Source of the DNA: a bacterium
Lineage (GTDB): Bacteria; Patescibacteriota; Minisyncoccia; JBBINA01
DNA: 56,618 nt
NCBI GenBank assembly: GCA_037444125.1
Contig: JBBINA010000006.1
Location: 1-56,618, forward strand
Direction of reading: 5' to 3'
A model generated the notes under the pieces. The model saw nothing but the letters and a program-made list of their open reading frames with translations. It was not told the DNA's origin and searched no databases. This document shows positions 19,149 through 29,794 of this stretch, in pieces (position 1 is the first letter of the stretch; every line of letters starts with the position of its first letter). A program made the translations under genes and the position numbers.

Positions 19149-21137
19149 ATGCCTATAGAAAAAATTTACAAACTCAAAGAAAGCCAACAACATTTTAAGA
19201 TTAACTATCATCAAGATTTAAATCCGGTCCAACTTGAAATTGTAAAAAATGCCGATGGTCCCTGCTTAGTTATTGCCGGTCCTGGTTCAGGCAAAACAAG
19301 AATATTAATCTATCGAGTCGCCTACCTTATTCAAAAAGGCGTCGACCCCACTCATATAATGCTCGTCACCTTCACTAATAAAGCGGCTCGCGAAATGCTA
19401 TTCAGGCTGGAAACCCTTCTAGGCTATTTTCCAAAAGGTATCATCGGCGGCACTTTTCATCATATTGCCAATTTAATCTTAAGAAAACATGCGGTTGAAC
19501 TTAATTTTAAATCTAACTTTACTATTATTGACGAAGACGATTCAAAAGAGTTGTTAAAAGAGTGTATCAGCTCTTTAAACATTGATACAAAAACGCAATT
19601 TTTCCCTAAACCAGAAATAATCCAAGATATCATCAGTTTTGCCCGCAACTCATCAAAAACTCTTAGAGAAACTATCGAAGACAAATATGAACAATTTAGC
19701 CACATTATTGATAATTTAATTGCTATTTCCAATTTATACAAAAAGAAGAAACAAAAACTCAATATAATGGACTTTGATGATCTTTTAATAAATCTTCTCA
19801 AATTATTAAAGGAAAATGAACAGCTCAAAAAAAATATTTCGCAAAATCTCCATTATATATTAGTTGACGAATTCCAAGATACCAATATTATACAATCCGA
19901 GTTAATTTACACTTTAGCCCAAGAGCACCAAAATATTACTGTAGTAGGCGATGACTGCCAAAGTATTTATTCATTTCGCGGCGCCACAGTCCAAAACATT
20001 CTTGAATTCCCTAAACGCTATCCCAACCATAAGATATTTAAATTAGAAGAAAATTATCGCTCCACAAAACCAATTTTAAGAATCACTAATCTAGTTTTAA
20101 AAAACATAATCAATAAATTTGAAAAGAAATTAATCACACGCAAGTCATCGCCATTTTTACCTAAAATAGTCCGCACTCATGATGTCAATGACCAAGCAAA
20201 ATTTGTAGCCCAAAGAATTCTTGAAATAAGAGAAGAAAATAATGTATCGCTAAACGATATTGCTGTTTTGTTCCGATCCAGCTACCAATCTATGGAACTA
20301 GAATTATTCCTTAACCGCTTCGGCATACCTTATATTAAAAGGGGCGGGTTAAAATTTTTCGAACAAGCACATATTAAAGATATTTTAGCTTTTCTAAAAA
20401 TACTGCTTAATAACCAAGACCAAATTTCCTGGCTAAGAATTTTTAATTTATTTGCCGGCATCGGCCGCCAAACTGCCCTCAAAATCTGGACACAATTACT
20501 TAAAGAAGGCAAAGAAAATATCAAAAATTTCATCGCTATTGACTTAAACAAAACAAACTTTTCATTATTGGCTAAAGCTAGCTTAAATAATTTATTTAAC
20601 ATCTTAAAAGATTTATTGTTAATTAAAGAACCGGCACCAGCTATTAAAACTATCTTTGATTCTTTTTATAAAGACTATGTAACTTTTAATTTTAAGGACG
20701 CCGAAGAACGATTAAGTGACATAAAGGAACTTATCAGTTTTACTTCCGGCAGAAAATCGATAAAAAAATTCGTTGAAGAAGCCACACTTGATGAAAATTT
20801 TAAAGGCGAAACCTTGCTTAGTGAAAATTCAGAGACTAATGATGAAAAAATTATACTTACCACTATTCACCAAGCCAAAGGCCTTGAATGGAAAATAGTC
20901 TTCATAATTCATTTAAATGAAGAGCATTTTCCTCATGCTAAATGCATTAAAAATCCCGATCTACTTGATGAAGAAAGACGACTTTTTTATGTGGCTACCT
21001 CGAGAGCGCAAGATGATCTATATATATCACGATTTGAAACCTATAAAGATTACAAAGGTTATCGTGTTTTTGCCAAACCGTCGCGCTTTATAGAAGAACT
21101 TGATCAAGACGCATACGAAGTCTGGAATGTAAACTAA
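19149..21137 (+). CDS. UvrD/PcrA-family SF1 DNA helicase
   Basis: AGPGSGKT, TFTNKAA, LVDEFQDTN, VGDDCQSIYSFRGA, ENYRST, TIHQAKGLEW and EERRLFYVA motifs. Confidence 0.95.
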   Translation: MPIEKIYKLKESQQHFKINYHQDLNPVQLEIVKNADGPCLVIAGPGSGKTRILIYRVAYLIQKGVDPTHIMLVTFTNKAAREMLFRLETLLGYFPKGIIGGTFHHIANLILRKHAVELNFKSNFTIIDEDDSKELLKECISSLNIDTKTQFFPKPEIIQDIISFARNSSKTLRETIEDKYEQFSHIIDNLIAISNLYKKKKQKLNIMDFDDLLINLLKLLKENEQLKKNISQNLHYILVDEFQDTNIIQSELIYTLAQEHQNITVVGDDCQSIYSFRGATVQNILEFPKRYPNHKIFKLEENYRSTKPILRITNLVLKNIINKFEKKLITRKSSPFLPKIVRTHDVNDQAKFVAQRILEIREENNVSLNDIAVLFRSSYQSMELELFLNRFGIPYIKRGGLKFFEQAHIKDILAFLKILLNNQDQISWLRIFNLFAGIGRQTALKIWTQLLKEGKENIKNFIAIDLNKTNFSLLAKASLNNLFNILKDLLLIKEPAPAIKTIFDSFYKDYVTFNFKDAEERLSDIKELISFTSGRKSIKKFVEEATLDENFKGETLLSENSETNDEKIILTTIHQAKGLEWKIVFIIHLNEEHFPHAKCIKNPDLLDEERRLFYVATSRAQDDLYISRFETYKDYKGYRVFAKPSRFIEELDQDAYEVWNVN

Positions 21138-21317
21138 AAAATGTTTATCATTGTTAAATTGAATTTAATCGACTAACAAAGTATTTTTTTAAACCATTAC
21201 AACCAGTCATCTCAAGGATAAACTTTTCATATTCTGAAGATAAAAATTACTTGCTTTTATTTTAAATTCAGATGACTAAAATTATTTAAAGGAGGGTTAA
21301 TTGTTAAGTTTTAAAAT

Positions 21318-21932
21318 ATGCGTAGCCACGATTTAATCGATATAAGAATTCCAGAAAAACATTTTTTGAAATATAAAATTTGTGTTTCTGGAGCAGCTGA
21401 AACAACCCACTGCGCTGAAGGCGCTCTAGAAAAAGCTAAACAACTAGGCCGTGAAATAGTTAAACATAATGGCATATTAGTTACTGGAGCGACTACTGGC
21501 ATCCCATACTGGGCAGCCATAGGCGCCAAGGAGGCCGGAGGTATATCAATTGGCTTAAGTCCTGCAGCCTCCGAAATTGAACATATAAAAAAATATCGTT
21601 TACCAATAGATTATTTTGATTTAATTATCTATACTGGTTTTGAATATTCAGGCCGCAACCTGTTATTAACCAGATCTTCAGACGCTGTCATTATAGTCTG
21701 CGGTCGAATCGGAACTCTCAACGAATTCACTATAGCTTTTGAAGATAAAAAACCTATTGGTGTATTAATTAAATCGGGCGGCCAAGCAGATATAATTGAA
21801 AAAATTGTTCAAATAGCCCATAAAGGTCAAGGAAAAATTGTTTATGACGAAGATCCACATCAATTAATACTTAAAGTACTTGAATTAGTTGACAAAGAAA
21901 AAATTGTTAAAATTGAAAGGCCTAAAAAATAA
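21318..21932 (+). CDS. LOG/SLOG family (TIGR00725-like) nucleotide-binding protein
   Basis: VTGATTG.P..AA.GA..AGG..IG.SP, RNLLL and GRIGTLNE motifs. Confidence 0.85.
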   Translation: MRSHDLIDIRIPEKHFLKYKICVSGAAETTHCAEGALEKAKQLGREIVKHNGILVTGATTGIPYWAAIGAKEAGGISIGLSPAASEIEHIKKYRLPIDYFDLIIYTGFEYSGRNLLLTRSSDAVIIVCGRIGTLNEFTIAFEDKKPIGVLIKSGGQADIIEKIVQIAHKGQGKIVYDEDPHQLILKVLELVDKEKIVKIERPKK

Positions 21933-21952
21933 AATAATTCGTAATTTTAACA

Positions 21953-22402
21953 ATGGAGGCATTAACATTTGCGCAGGAACTGCGCTATGTTTTAGATCTA
22001 ATTTTAGCCACGATTTTAGGGGCATTAGTCGGTCTTGAACGTACACATCTTCACAAAATTGCCGGCTTGCGGACTTACGCTTTAGTCACTTTAGGAGCCT
22101 GTTTCTTTACAATCATATCCTCAGCGGTGTTTAAAGGACCACAGCTAGCTTCTACTATAGTAACAGGCATTGGTTTTTTGGGCGCAGGTTTAATCATTCA
22201 TCATGGAGCAAAAGTCGAAGGCATAACCACAGCCGCCGCTCTCTGGACAACAGCTTCAATTGGCGTTGGGGTAGGTAATCGGTTATATATATTATCTCTT
22301 GTTGGAACTATATTATTAATTAGTATAATGGGGTTATTAAGAACCTTAGGTGTTGAAGAAAAGCTTGATGAACTCTTTTTTAAAAAAAATAAACAATCCT
22401 GA
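21953..22402 (+). CDS. MgtC/SapB family membrane protein
   Basis: GLER, AGLRTYALV, IVTGIGFLGAG and GITTAA.LW motifs. Confidence 0.92.
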   Translation: MEALTFAQELRYVLDLILATILGALVGLERTHLHKIAGLRTYALVTLGACFFTIISSAVFKGPQLASTIVTGIGFLGAGLIIHHGAKVEGITTAAALWTTASIGVGVGNRLYILSLVGTILLISIMGLLRTLGVEEKLDELFFKKNKQS

Positions 22403-23537
22403 ACTGCACGCGATTGCTGTCCTGTCAGGCACTATTATTGGCGTTGGAATTTTCGGTTTACCTTATGTTTTTCAAAAAACGGGGCCATTACTTGCTTTTA
22501 TAATTTTTACCGCCTCGGCTATTTTAGTTTGTATTACTCATATCCTTTATGGAATTATCGCTGTAGAAGGCGGCAAACACAGGTTAGTGGCTTATGTCGA
22601 CTTCTTTTTAGATAAAAAGTTCAGAATACTGCCGCTTGCAAGTTCTGTAATTGGCATTTATGGCTCGCTCATCGCCTATGTTTTGCTTGGCGGCAAGTTT
22701 TTGGCAAATATTTTTCAGTCTAATGATATTCTCGTCTTTCAAATCCTTTACGCTGGAATTGGAACAATCATAATCTACTTAGGCTTAAAAACGATATCAT
22801 GGATAGAGTTAGGATTCATCGCTTCTATATTCATAACCTTAGCCGCCATCTTCTTTATGAATCTAAAATTCTTTGATATTTCAAACTTGAATATTACTCA
22901 TTTTGACTGGAAATCTCTTTTTTTAATTTATGGCGTGTCTGTTTACGCTTTAACGGGTATTACGGCAGTACCCGAAGCAGTAGAAATTCTTGCACGACGC
23001 AACAGAATTCATAAACTAAAACCTGTTATACTCTGGGGCAGCTTTCTACCCTACCTTTTTTATTTGTGCTTCATAATATTCGTTATTGGTTTATCAGCAA
23101 AAGGAGTTTCTATAGATTCTATTAGCGGTCTTAATGGCAATTTTGGAAAATACTTAGTCTTAGGTGGTTCAATATTCGGCTTCTTTACCACTTTTACTTC
23201 ATTTCTTACCATAGGCTCTTATATGCATAAACTTCTCAATTACGACTTGATGATTAATAGAATTATTTCTATCATCTCCATATTTTTCGTACCGCTGATA
23301 GCAATAACAATTGGCTTATTTTCCACTTATTTAACTATCATTGGCATTGTTGGAGGAATTTTCATAAGTCTAGAGCTAATTCTGATTCTTCTTATTTATT
23401 ATAAAAACAAAGAGATTTTTGCCAGAAACAATAAAATCAATATGAACATACCCACACCTTTAATTCAAATATTGCTGCTCATGTTTGTTATAATTATTAT
23501 GTATGAGATATATTCATTTATGGCTAGAAAATCTTGA
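22368..23537 (+). CDS. aromatic amino acid/APC-type permease
   Basis: GTIIGVGIFGLPY motif and about 11 TM helices; ATG 22368 chosen over TTG 22350. Confidence 0.85.
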   Translation: MNSFLKKINNPELHAIAVLSGTIIGVGIFGLPYVFQKTGPLLAFIIFTASAILVCITHILYGIIAVEGGKHRLVAYVDFFLDKKFRILPLASSVIGIYGSLIAYVLLGGKFLANIFQSNDILVFQILYAGIGTIIIYLGLKTISWIELGFIASIFITLAAIFFMNLKFFDISNLNITHFDWKSLFLIYGVSVYALTGITAVPEAVEILARRNRIHKLKPVILWGSFLPYLFYLCFIIFVIGLSAKGVSIDSISGLNGNFGKYLVLGGSIFGFFTTFTSFLTIGSYMHKLLNYDLMINRIISIISIFFVPLIAITIGLFSTYLTIIGIVGGIFISLELILILLIYYKNKEIFARNNKINMNIPTPLIQILLLMFVIIIMYEIYSFMARKS

Positions 23538-24771
23538 ACTTATACTTTTTTACGCCTTCATTTTCTTCCTGCCATTCAATATCAAGAAATATCTAGGGGA
23601 ATTGGCGCCAAACAATTTCAATTTTGAATCAGCTTTTTTGTATTTATCTGATATCCTCATAATAGTAATGTTCCTGATTATTTTATTGAAATATAAAGAA
23701 GTTTTAAAAAAATTATTTTTAAAAAAAGAAAGTCTTTTTTTTATAAGCTTTATTTTAAGCGGTTTTTTAGTATTTATTAAAGAAACCGAAATTAATGTTG
23801 GATTATTTTTATATTATTTTGCGCACTTTGTCATCATTTACCTTGTCTTTTTAATAGTTCAGGTATTCCTTCTGATGAATATCGTTAACCTAAATAAAAT
23901 AGCCGGAATTTTCATTTTATCTATGTTTCTTCAAGCCCTACTGATAATCGGACAATTCTCAATGCAGAAAAACATAACAGTAAAAGCCATTGGAGAATCA
24001 ATAATTTCTCCATTAATAAATAATGTTGCCAAAATTGAGATAAATCCAATCAAATATATACGCGGCTACGGCACTTTCCCTCATCCAAATATGGCTGCCG
24101 TCTATTTTCTAACGGCTATCATATGGTTACTTTCTCTAAAACAAAATTTTCTCGGTTATCGTCGGTATTTTTATTACCTTAATCTTGGAATACTTTTTAT
24201 TGGCCTTTTTTTTACATTTTCAAGATTAACAATTATTTTGACAATCATTGCTAGTACTATTTATCTAATTTTTTTAAAAAAAACCGAAACTCTCCTATTT
24301 TTATTAATTATCTTTAGCATAATAAGTTATTTTTTATTACCTTTTTTCCTGGCTAGAATATCTTACGAGCGCCAAAATAATTTTGACTTGCGACAATTTC
24401 TTAATAAAACTGCCCTCACTATCATCAAAAACAATTTTTCTACGGGTATAGGTTTGGGACAATTTATTGAAAATATAAAAAAATATGGTCTCTCCTCTGA
24501 GATAAAGCCATTTATGCTTGAACCAGTACACAATATTTATCTTTTAATTTTTGCCGAAACTGGATTAACGGGCTTAACGCTTTTTTTACTCTTCATTTAT
24601 ATGATGCTAAAAAAATGCAAAACCTTATTAAAAAAGGCACCTATATTTAACTTGCCCCTAATTTTCCTGTCGTTTTTAACTATTGGCTTATTCGACCATC
24701 ACTTCGTCACCCTACCGCAAGGACAGCTCATTTTCATACTCATTAGCGGCATAATTTCGTCAAGAAACTAA
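23503..24771 (+). CDS. O-antigen ligase/Wzy_C family membrane protein
   Basis: RGYGTFPHPN, TFSR, GIGLGQF and PVHNIYLLIFAETG motifs. Confidence 0.88.
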   Translation: MRYIHLWLENLELILFYAFIFFLPFNIKKYLGELAPNNFNFESAFLYLSDILIIVMFLIILLKYKEVLKKLFLKKESLFFISFILSGFLVFIKETEINVGLFLYYFAHFVIIYLVFLIVQVFLLMNIVNLNKIAGIFILSMFLQALLIIGQFSMQKNITVKAIGESIISPLINNVAKIEINPIKYIRGYGTFPHPNMAAVYFLTAIIWLLSLKQNFLGYRRYFYYLNLGILFIGLFFTFSRLTIILTIIASTIYLIFLKKTETLLFLLIIFSIISYFLLPFFLARISYERQNNFDLRQFLNKTALTIIKNNFSTGIGLGQFIENIKKYGLSSEIKPFMLEPVHNIYLLIFAETGLTGLTLFLLFIYMMLKKCKTLLKKAPIFNLPLIFLSFLTIGLFDHHFVTLPQGQLIFILISGIISSRN

Positions 24772-24790
24772 AATATATACCCAATATATA

Positions 24791-25453
24791 TTATCTATTA
24801 TCACCACTACCTTGTATTTTACCTCTATTAAGCCGTGAATATAATTTTTCAATATTGCCTAGAGCCACCTTTTCTAAAGACAATCCAAATTCTGTGGCTA
24901 GTTGCGCTAAATACCATAATACATCGCCTAATTCTTTTTCTATTTCAATTTTTTTTGTTTCAGTTAACTGAAAATTGTCATCGCGAATAATTTTTTTTAT
25001 TTTTTCTATTACTTCGCCAGATTCGCCAGCCAAGCCCAAAGCCGGATAAATAAAATTCTTACCCACATCAGGATAATGAGCTGTTACTCTAGATTTTTTT
25101 TGATACTCAGCAAAAGTCATCTGTTTATAACTACTATCGTCTTTCTCATAATTTTCTAATTTGGCTTGCAAATACCCGGTCTTCATCAGTAATTCCTCAT
25201 ATTTTTGCCAAAGAAAGTCTATCGTAATTAACTCAGATGGCTTTGAATCTCTAAATTTAGATTTTAATTTTTTTTGAAATTCATCTATATCATCTTGATT
25301 AAACATTAATGCCATACGGCTACCATGTTTAATATTCTTAGCTGGCAACTTGCCCTGCTTGACATAACGATAAACTGTTCTCTCGCTTTTGCCTATTTTA
25401 CTAGCAACTGATGCAATTGAAAGGTTGTAAATTTTGTTTTTGTCACCAGACAT
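24791..25453 (-). CDS. HTH (excisionase/MerR-like) fused to MazG-like nucleotide pyrophosphohydrolase
   Basis: N-terminus LSIASVASKIGKSERTVYRYVKQGKLPA; C-terminus LGLAGESGEV.EK.KK..RD, KELGDVLWY, N..KL.SR..RG...GSGDNR. ATG 25453 chosen as start. Confidence 0.85.
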   Translation of the reverse strand: MSGDKNKIYNLSIASVASKIGKSERTVYRYVKQGKLPAKNIKHGSRMALMFNQDDIDEFQKKLKSKFRDSKPSELITIDFLWQKYEELLMKTGYLQAKLENYEKDDSSYKQMTFAEYQKKSRVTAHYPDVGKNFIYPALGLAGESGEVIEKIKKIIRDDNFQLTETKKIEIEKELGDVLWYLAQLATEFGLSLEKVALGNIEKLYSRLNRGKIQGSGDNR

Positions 25454-25536
25454 AATTACTAAAATAAATGTCAAAATGTCAAAATTAATTAAATCATAAT
25501 AAAATATAATTTATAATCAAGATATATTTTTCTCTA

Positions 25537-25565
25537 TTGATAAAATAAAAAAATATTATTATAAT
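25537..25565 (+). promoter_or_regulatory. sigma70-type promoter TTGATA-17-TATAAT
   Basis: Near-consensus match upstream of the 25608 ORF, though in AT-rich DNA. Confidence 0.5.
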
Positions 25566-25607
25566 AATTTAATCACTACAACAAAATCAAAACAGAAAGG
25601 AGAAAAT

Positions 25608-25859
25608 ATGAAAAGAGTAAAAAGAGTAGTAGTGGTCTTGTTGGTGTTATCTGTTCTCTATGTGTCCGGCTCAAATAGTTCAGCAGTAAGCCAAAATTTC
25701 GATGATAGTTTACCACTATCTTTAACTATTAAAGATTTACTTACGCCGGATTTGCCACTTTCTCTACGTGTCAGCTTTTTGCTTCAGCAACTTCCAGAAT
25801 ATCTGCAATTACCATTTAGTTCGCTATCTGTTTCTAAACTTTCGGCGAAACTAAAGTAG
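25608..25859 (+). CDS. small secreted hypothetical protein
   Basis: AAAGGAG SD and signal-peptide-like N-terminus; 83 aa. Confidence 0.6.
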   Translation: MKRVKRVVVVLLVLSVLYVSGSNSSAVSQNFDDSLPLSLTIKDLLTPDLPLSLRVSFLLQQLPEYLQLPFSSLSVSKLSAKLK

Positions 25860-26675
25860 CTTCGCGCAAACATCTCCAGGGCCGGAGTCTTTCAAACCGG
25901 CCTTTTTAAATTTAAGCTTAAACTGACTAACCCATTTTTTGACTATTTGTCTATACTGACAAAAGTCGCAATTTTCTGAAGACGGAGGAATTTTGTCTTC
26001 TAATAAATACTTCTTAATTTTTAACAAGATTCCTTCAACCCAACTATCATCACCCTCATAAGGGATAATTTGTATATCGAATTCAAGTTTGGCGTCAAAA
26101 ACTTCTTTATCTGTCCTGGCATTACAATAAACAAAATAGCCAATTCTAGAGACCTTAAAACCGTTTTGCCGAAATAACCATTGATAAACCTCTATCTGCC
26201 TTTTATAAATTTTTTGCCAATCAGCATCAATAGAAAGAACGCTATTCTTTGATGTCGCTTTATAATCAACAATAATAAGTTCATTGCGAGGATTTATCCA
26301 AACATCATCTACTCCACCATAAATAATAAAATTCGTTAGTTGATGATGAAAACGGATACCTACTTTAGGATTACGCCATTCATTAATTTTTGGGTGCTGA
26401 AAAGGCACCGCCCCAATCTTGAAACGCTTCATTGCCGGATGTGACAATCCCCTAGCTCGATAAATATCAAATTCTTTTTTAAGCAACTTATCAACGGCTA
26501 CATTGAGAGTCAATGGAAAAAGAGGTGGAACCGCAATACCAAAACGAATATCCAAATAAAAACAAAAAGGGCAACTGATAAATTGTTCAATTTTATAACG
26601 ACTCAATTTATACGGTGCCTTGGATTGAGGATCGTATAAATCATAAGATCGTTCAGGATTATAAAACTTGCTCAT
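25851..26675 (-). CDS. PD-(D/E)XK nuclease superfamily protein (RecB/Cas4-like)
   Basis: CPFCFY, GGVDD, IVDYKAT, YKRQIEVY and C..C near the C-terminus; ATG 26675 chosen. Confidence 0.85.
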   Translation of the reverse strand: MSKFYNPERSYDLYDPQSKAPYKLSRYKIEQFISCPFCFYLDIRFGIAVPPLFPLTLNVAVDKLLKKEFDIYRARGLSHPAMKRFKIGAVPFQHPKINEWRNPKVGIRFHHQLTNFIIYGGVDDVWINPRNELIIVDYKATSKNSVLSIDADWQKIYKRQIEVYQWLFRQNGFKVSRIGYFVYCNARTDKEVFDAKLEFDIQIIPYEGDDSWVEGILLKIKKYLLEDKIPPSSENCDFCQYRQIVKKWVSQFKLKFKKAGLKDSGPGDVCAKLL

Positions 26676-26760
26676 AGAGTAAAACAATAATTATAATTAT
26701 TTAGGTAGAGAATAATCACCATATTTACTTTATTCACTAAAAACGCTTGCGACGAAAATC

Positions 26761-27345
26761 TTATAACCTTTGCCACAGACTAATTAAGCCTTTGGACGAT
26801 AAATCAATCAATAGCTTCTTGATAAGTTTTTTTTGATCAACAAAGGCGATTCTATCAAACTGTATTTGATTAAGATCAAAATATCTAAATTCTGCCACAT
26901 CATCAGAAATTTTAATTTTACCCGGTTTAAGTTTAACTAAAAAAGTAATAGGTAAAAATGAGTATTCTTCAAAACGTTGTTCGTCAAGATAATTTTGATA
27001 TTTATCTTCACCCACACTATATAAAAGCATTCTTTCAATATCCATATTAAGTTCTTCTCTTATTTCTCTACGCAAAGCCTCTTCAGGTCGTTCCCCATAT
27101 TCCATAAAACCGCCGGGCAATTGCCACAACCCTTTAAATGGGTGCCAATTCCGTTTTACCAACAGCAACTTCCTATTCTTCAGAATAATAGCGCCAACTG
27201 TCGGTTTGGAATTCAGATATAAAACATACCGACAATTATGATTACTGCAAATATATTTTTTGTTAGTGTAAGTATCCTTTATTGCCTCCTTTTTATAAGC
27301 AACGCCGCAAACTGGACAATATTGATAAAAAATTTGATAAGACAT
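26761..27345 (-). CDS. zinc-ribbon NUDIX hydrolase
   Basis: YCPVCG...C....C; Nudix box PGGFMEYGERPEEALRREIREEL. Confidence 0.9.
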   Translation of the reverse strand: MSYQIFYQYCPVCGVAYKKEAIKDTYTNKKYICSNHNCRYVLYLNSKPTVGAIILKNRKLLLVKRNWHPFKGLWQLPGGFMEYGERPEEALRREIREELNMDIERMLLYSVGEDKYQNYLDEQRFEEYSFLPITFLVKLKPGKIKISDDVAEFRYFDLNQIQFDRIAFVDQKKLIKKLLIDLSSKGLISLWQRL

Positions 27346-27533
27346 AATAAAAGATTTTAAAACAAAATAAAAAGAATTGGAATATAAAAAACCTTCCTAA
27401 AAACAAACAACTTTAAGGAAATGACATCTTAAACATCTAAAATCACAACAAAAAATAAACATAATCTTTTATTTAATAAAAAATTTTTGGCTAAAAATTG
27501 TCTTAGCTTATTCTGTTGAAAATTTCTAAATGA

Positions 27534-29291
27534 ATGCTACAATCAAAGACTATGACGAACCAAGAAATTGTTAAAATACTTAAAGAAATTGCCGCTTATT
27601 TGGAAATGGAAGGTATTCAATTCAAACCTCGCGCCTATGAAAAAGCGGCTTATGCTGTAGAAGGATTACAAAAAAGTCTAATAAATATCTATAAGAAGGA
27701 TGGAATTAATGGCTTAATGCGAATACCAGGCATAGGACCTTCAATAGCCGAAAAAATCGAGGAAGCTCTCACAAAAAATAAGGTTGCTTATTTAGAAAAG
27801 TGGCGAAAGAAGTATCCTATTGACCTATACGAACTCATCTCAATAGAGGGTGTGGGGCCGAAAATGGCTAAAAAACTATATCAGGAATTTAAAATAAAAA
27901 ATCTAAACGAACTTAAAAAACTAGCTAAATCGGGAAAAATTCGCCGTCATAAAGGCTTCGGTGAAAAAATAGAAGAACGTATTCTTAAAGGAATAGAATT
28001 CTATCGACAATCAAAAGGCAGATTTATTCTGGGTTATACAATGAATCTTATTGAAAACATCCGCGATAAGCTTAAAAACTTACCTCAAGTACAAAAAATA
28101 GAAATTTGCGGTTCCTACCGTAGGCGTGAAGAAACCATCGGCGATATTGATATTTTAGTGGTTTCAAATAAACCTAAGGAAGTTATGAATTATTTTATTA
28201 ATATGCCGGAAGTAAGTTATATCTACGCACAAGGCGAAACAAAAACAAATGTACGACTTTCTAACGGCATAGATACAGACTTGCGTATTGTATCCGCTAA
28301 ATCTTGGGGAGCAGCTCTACAATATTTCACCGGCAATAAAGATCACAATATAGCTTTAAGAATAATCGCTGAAAATAAAGGTTACAAACTAAATGAATAT
28401 GGCCTGTTTAAATTGAAAAACAACCTTCCCGTTGCTGGCCAAGACGAAAAAAAAATCTATACAAAACTCGGACTACAATATATTGAACCAGAACTACGCA
28501 CCAACTGGGGCGAACTTGAAGCAGCCAAAAAACATCTCCTACCAAATTTAATTCCCTATGGCTCACTAAAAGGCGACCTCCAGACACAAACAACTTGGTC
28601 AGACGGACAGGAATCAATCGAACAAATGGTTAAAGCTGCTATAAAAATAGGACTTGAATATATTGCCATTACTGACCATTCTAAAAGTTTAGGTGTAGCT
28701 CATGGATTAAATGAAAAAAAACTTTTTCAACAATTTAACGAAATTGACAAAATCAACCAAAGTTTAAAAAAGAAAAAAATAAAATTTAAAATCCTAAAAT
28801 CATCAGAAGTAAATATCCTTAAAGACGGAAGTCTAGATTGGTCAGATGAAATATTAAAGCAAATGGATATTGTTATTGCGGCTGTTCACGATAATTTTGG
28901 CCTTTCGGAAACAGAGCAAACCGAAAGAATTATTCAAGCTATGCGTAATAGTTATGTTGATATCATTGCCCATCCTACTGGAAGAATTATAAAAAAACGT
29001 CCAGCTTATAAGCTTGATATAGAAAAAATTCTTAAAGCGGCTAAAGAAACCAAAACCATAATGGAAATTAATGCTTTTCCAGAAAGGCTTGATCTTGATA
29101 CTCAAAATAGCCGCCTAGCCAAAAAAATGGGAGTAAAATTAGTCATAAATTCAGATGCGCATCATTCAAATCATTTTAATTTTCTTGACTTGGGCATTGC
29201 GGTCGCAAGACGAGCTGGCCTAGAAAAAAAAGATATTTTAAACACACTTGAGCTCGAAGCCTTTCTTAAAAATCTACCTAAAAGAAATTAA
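27534..29291 (+). CDS. polX: DNA polymerase X / PHP 3'-5' exonuclease
   Basis: GSYRR...IGDIDIL, YFTG.K.HN, LNEYG, ITDHS, AHPTGR and NSDAH motifs. Confidence 0.95.
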   Translation: MLQSKTMTNQEIVKILKEIAAYLEMEGIQFKPRAYEKAAYAVEGLQKSLINIYKKDGINGLMRIPGIGPSIAEKIEEALTKNKVAYLEKWRKKYPIDLYELISIEGVGPKMAKKLYQEFKIKNLNELKKLAKSGKIRRHKGFGEKIEERILKGIEFYRQSKGRFILGYTMNLIENIRDKLKNLPQVQKIEICGSYRRREETIGDIDILVVSNKPKEVMNYFINMPEVSYIYAQGETKTNVRLSNGIDTDLRIVSAKSWGAALQYFTGNKDHNIALRIIAENKGYKLNEYGLFKLKNNLPVAGQDEKKIYTKLGLQYIEPELRTNWGELEAAKKHLLPNLIPYGSLKGDLQTQTTWSDGQESIEQMVKAAIKIGLEYIAITDHSKSLGVAHGLNEKKLFQQFNEIDKINQSLKKKKIKFKILKSSEVNILKDGSLDWSDEILKQMDIVIAAVHDNFGLSETEQTERIIQAMRNSYVDIIAHPTGRIIKKRPAYKLDIEKILKAAKETKTIMEINAFPERLDLDTQNSRLAKKMGVKLVINSDAHHSNHFNFLDLGIAVARRAGLEKKDILNTLELEAFLKNLPKRN

Positions 29292-29296
29292 ACATT

Positions 29297-29794
29297 ATGA
29301 AAAAAAATCTTTTAAAAAGTGCAAAAATTATACAAGAAAAAAGCGCAGGTTTGGTAATTTTTTACAATGACGGAACGCAACCTCTCTTCTTACTACTCTG
29401 TCAACCTAAAATGCAAAAATCCCAAAAGGCCGAAATGCTTAAAAACGACCAGCCTTGCTTTTATGGATTAGCCAAGGGACATATAGAAAAAGGCGAAAGT
29501 GAAATTGAAGCAGCCCTACGCGAAGCCAGAGAAGAAACCGGGCTTAAAAATTTAACTATAATTGACGGTTTTAAAGAATCAATGCAATATTTTTTTAAAT
29601 TTAAAGGAAAACTTTATTACAAAAGAGTAGTATTCTTTCTAGCCGAATCAAATACTTTGGAAATAAAACTCTCTCAAGAACATATCGATTATAGATGGTT
29701 ACCTATTAAAGAAGCGTTAAAAACAGCAACATTCAGCAATACAAAACAACTGCTCAAAAAATCTTTTGCTTTTATAAAAAAAAATGTCCAATAA
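29297..29794 (+). CDS. NUDIX hydrolase (asymmetric Ap4A hydrolase-like)
   Basis: EKSAG, KGHIEKGE...AALREAREETG and LSQEH..YRW motifs. Confidence 0.85.
   Translation: MKKNLLKSAKIIQEKSAGLVIFYNDGTQPLFLLLCQPKMQKSQKAEMLKNDQPCFYGLAKGHIEKGESEIEAALREAREETGLKNLTIIDGFKESMQYFFKFKGKLYYKRVVFFLAESNTLEIKLSQEHIDYRWLPIKEALKTATFSNTKQLLKKSFAFIKKNVQ

Noticed and set aside
21205-21277. AGTCATCT/AGATGACT inverted repeat as a riboswitch upstream of LOG-mgtC
   Set aside because: Only 8 bp in AT-rich DNA, with no recognisable aptamer motif.
25851-26687. Cas4/CRISPR system
   Set aside because: No repeat-spacer array or other cas genes in the window; treated as a stand-alone PD-(D/E)XK nuclease.
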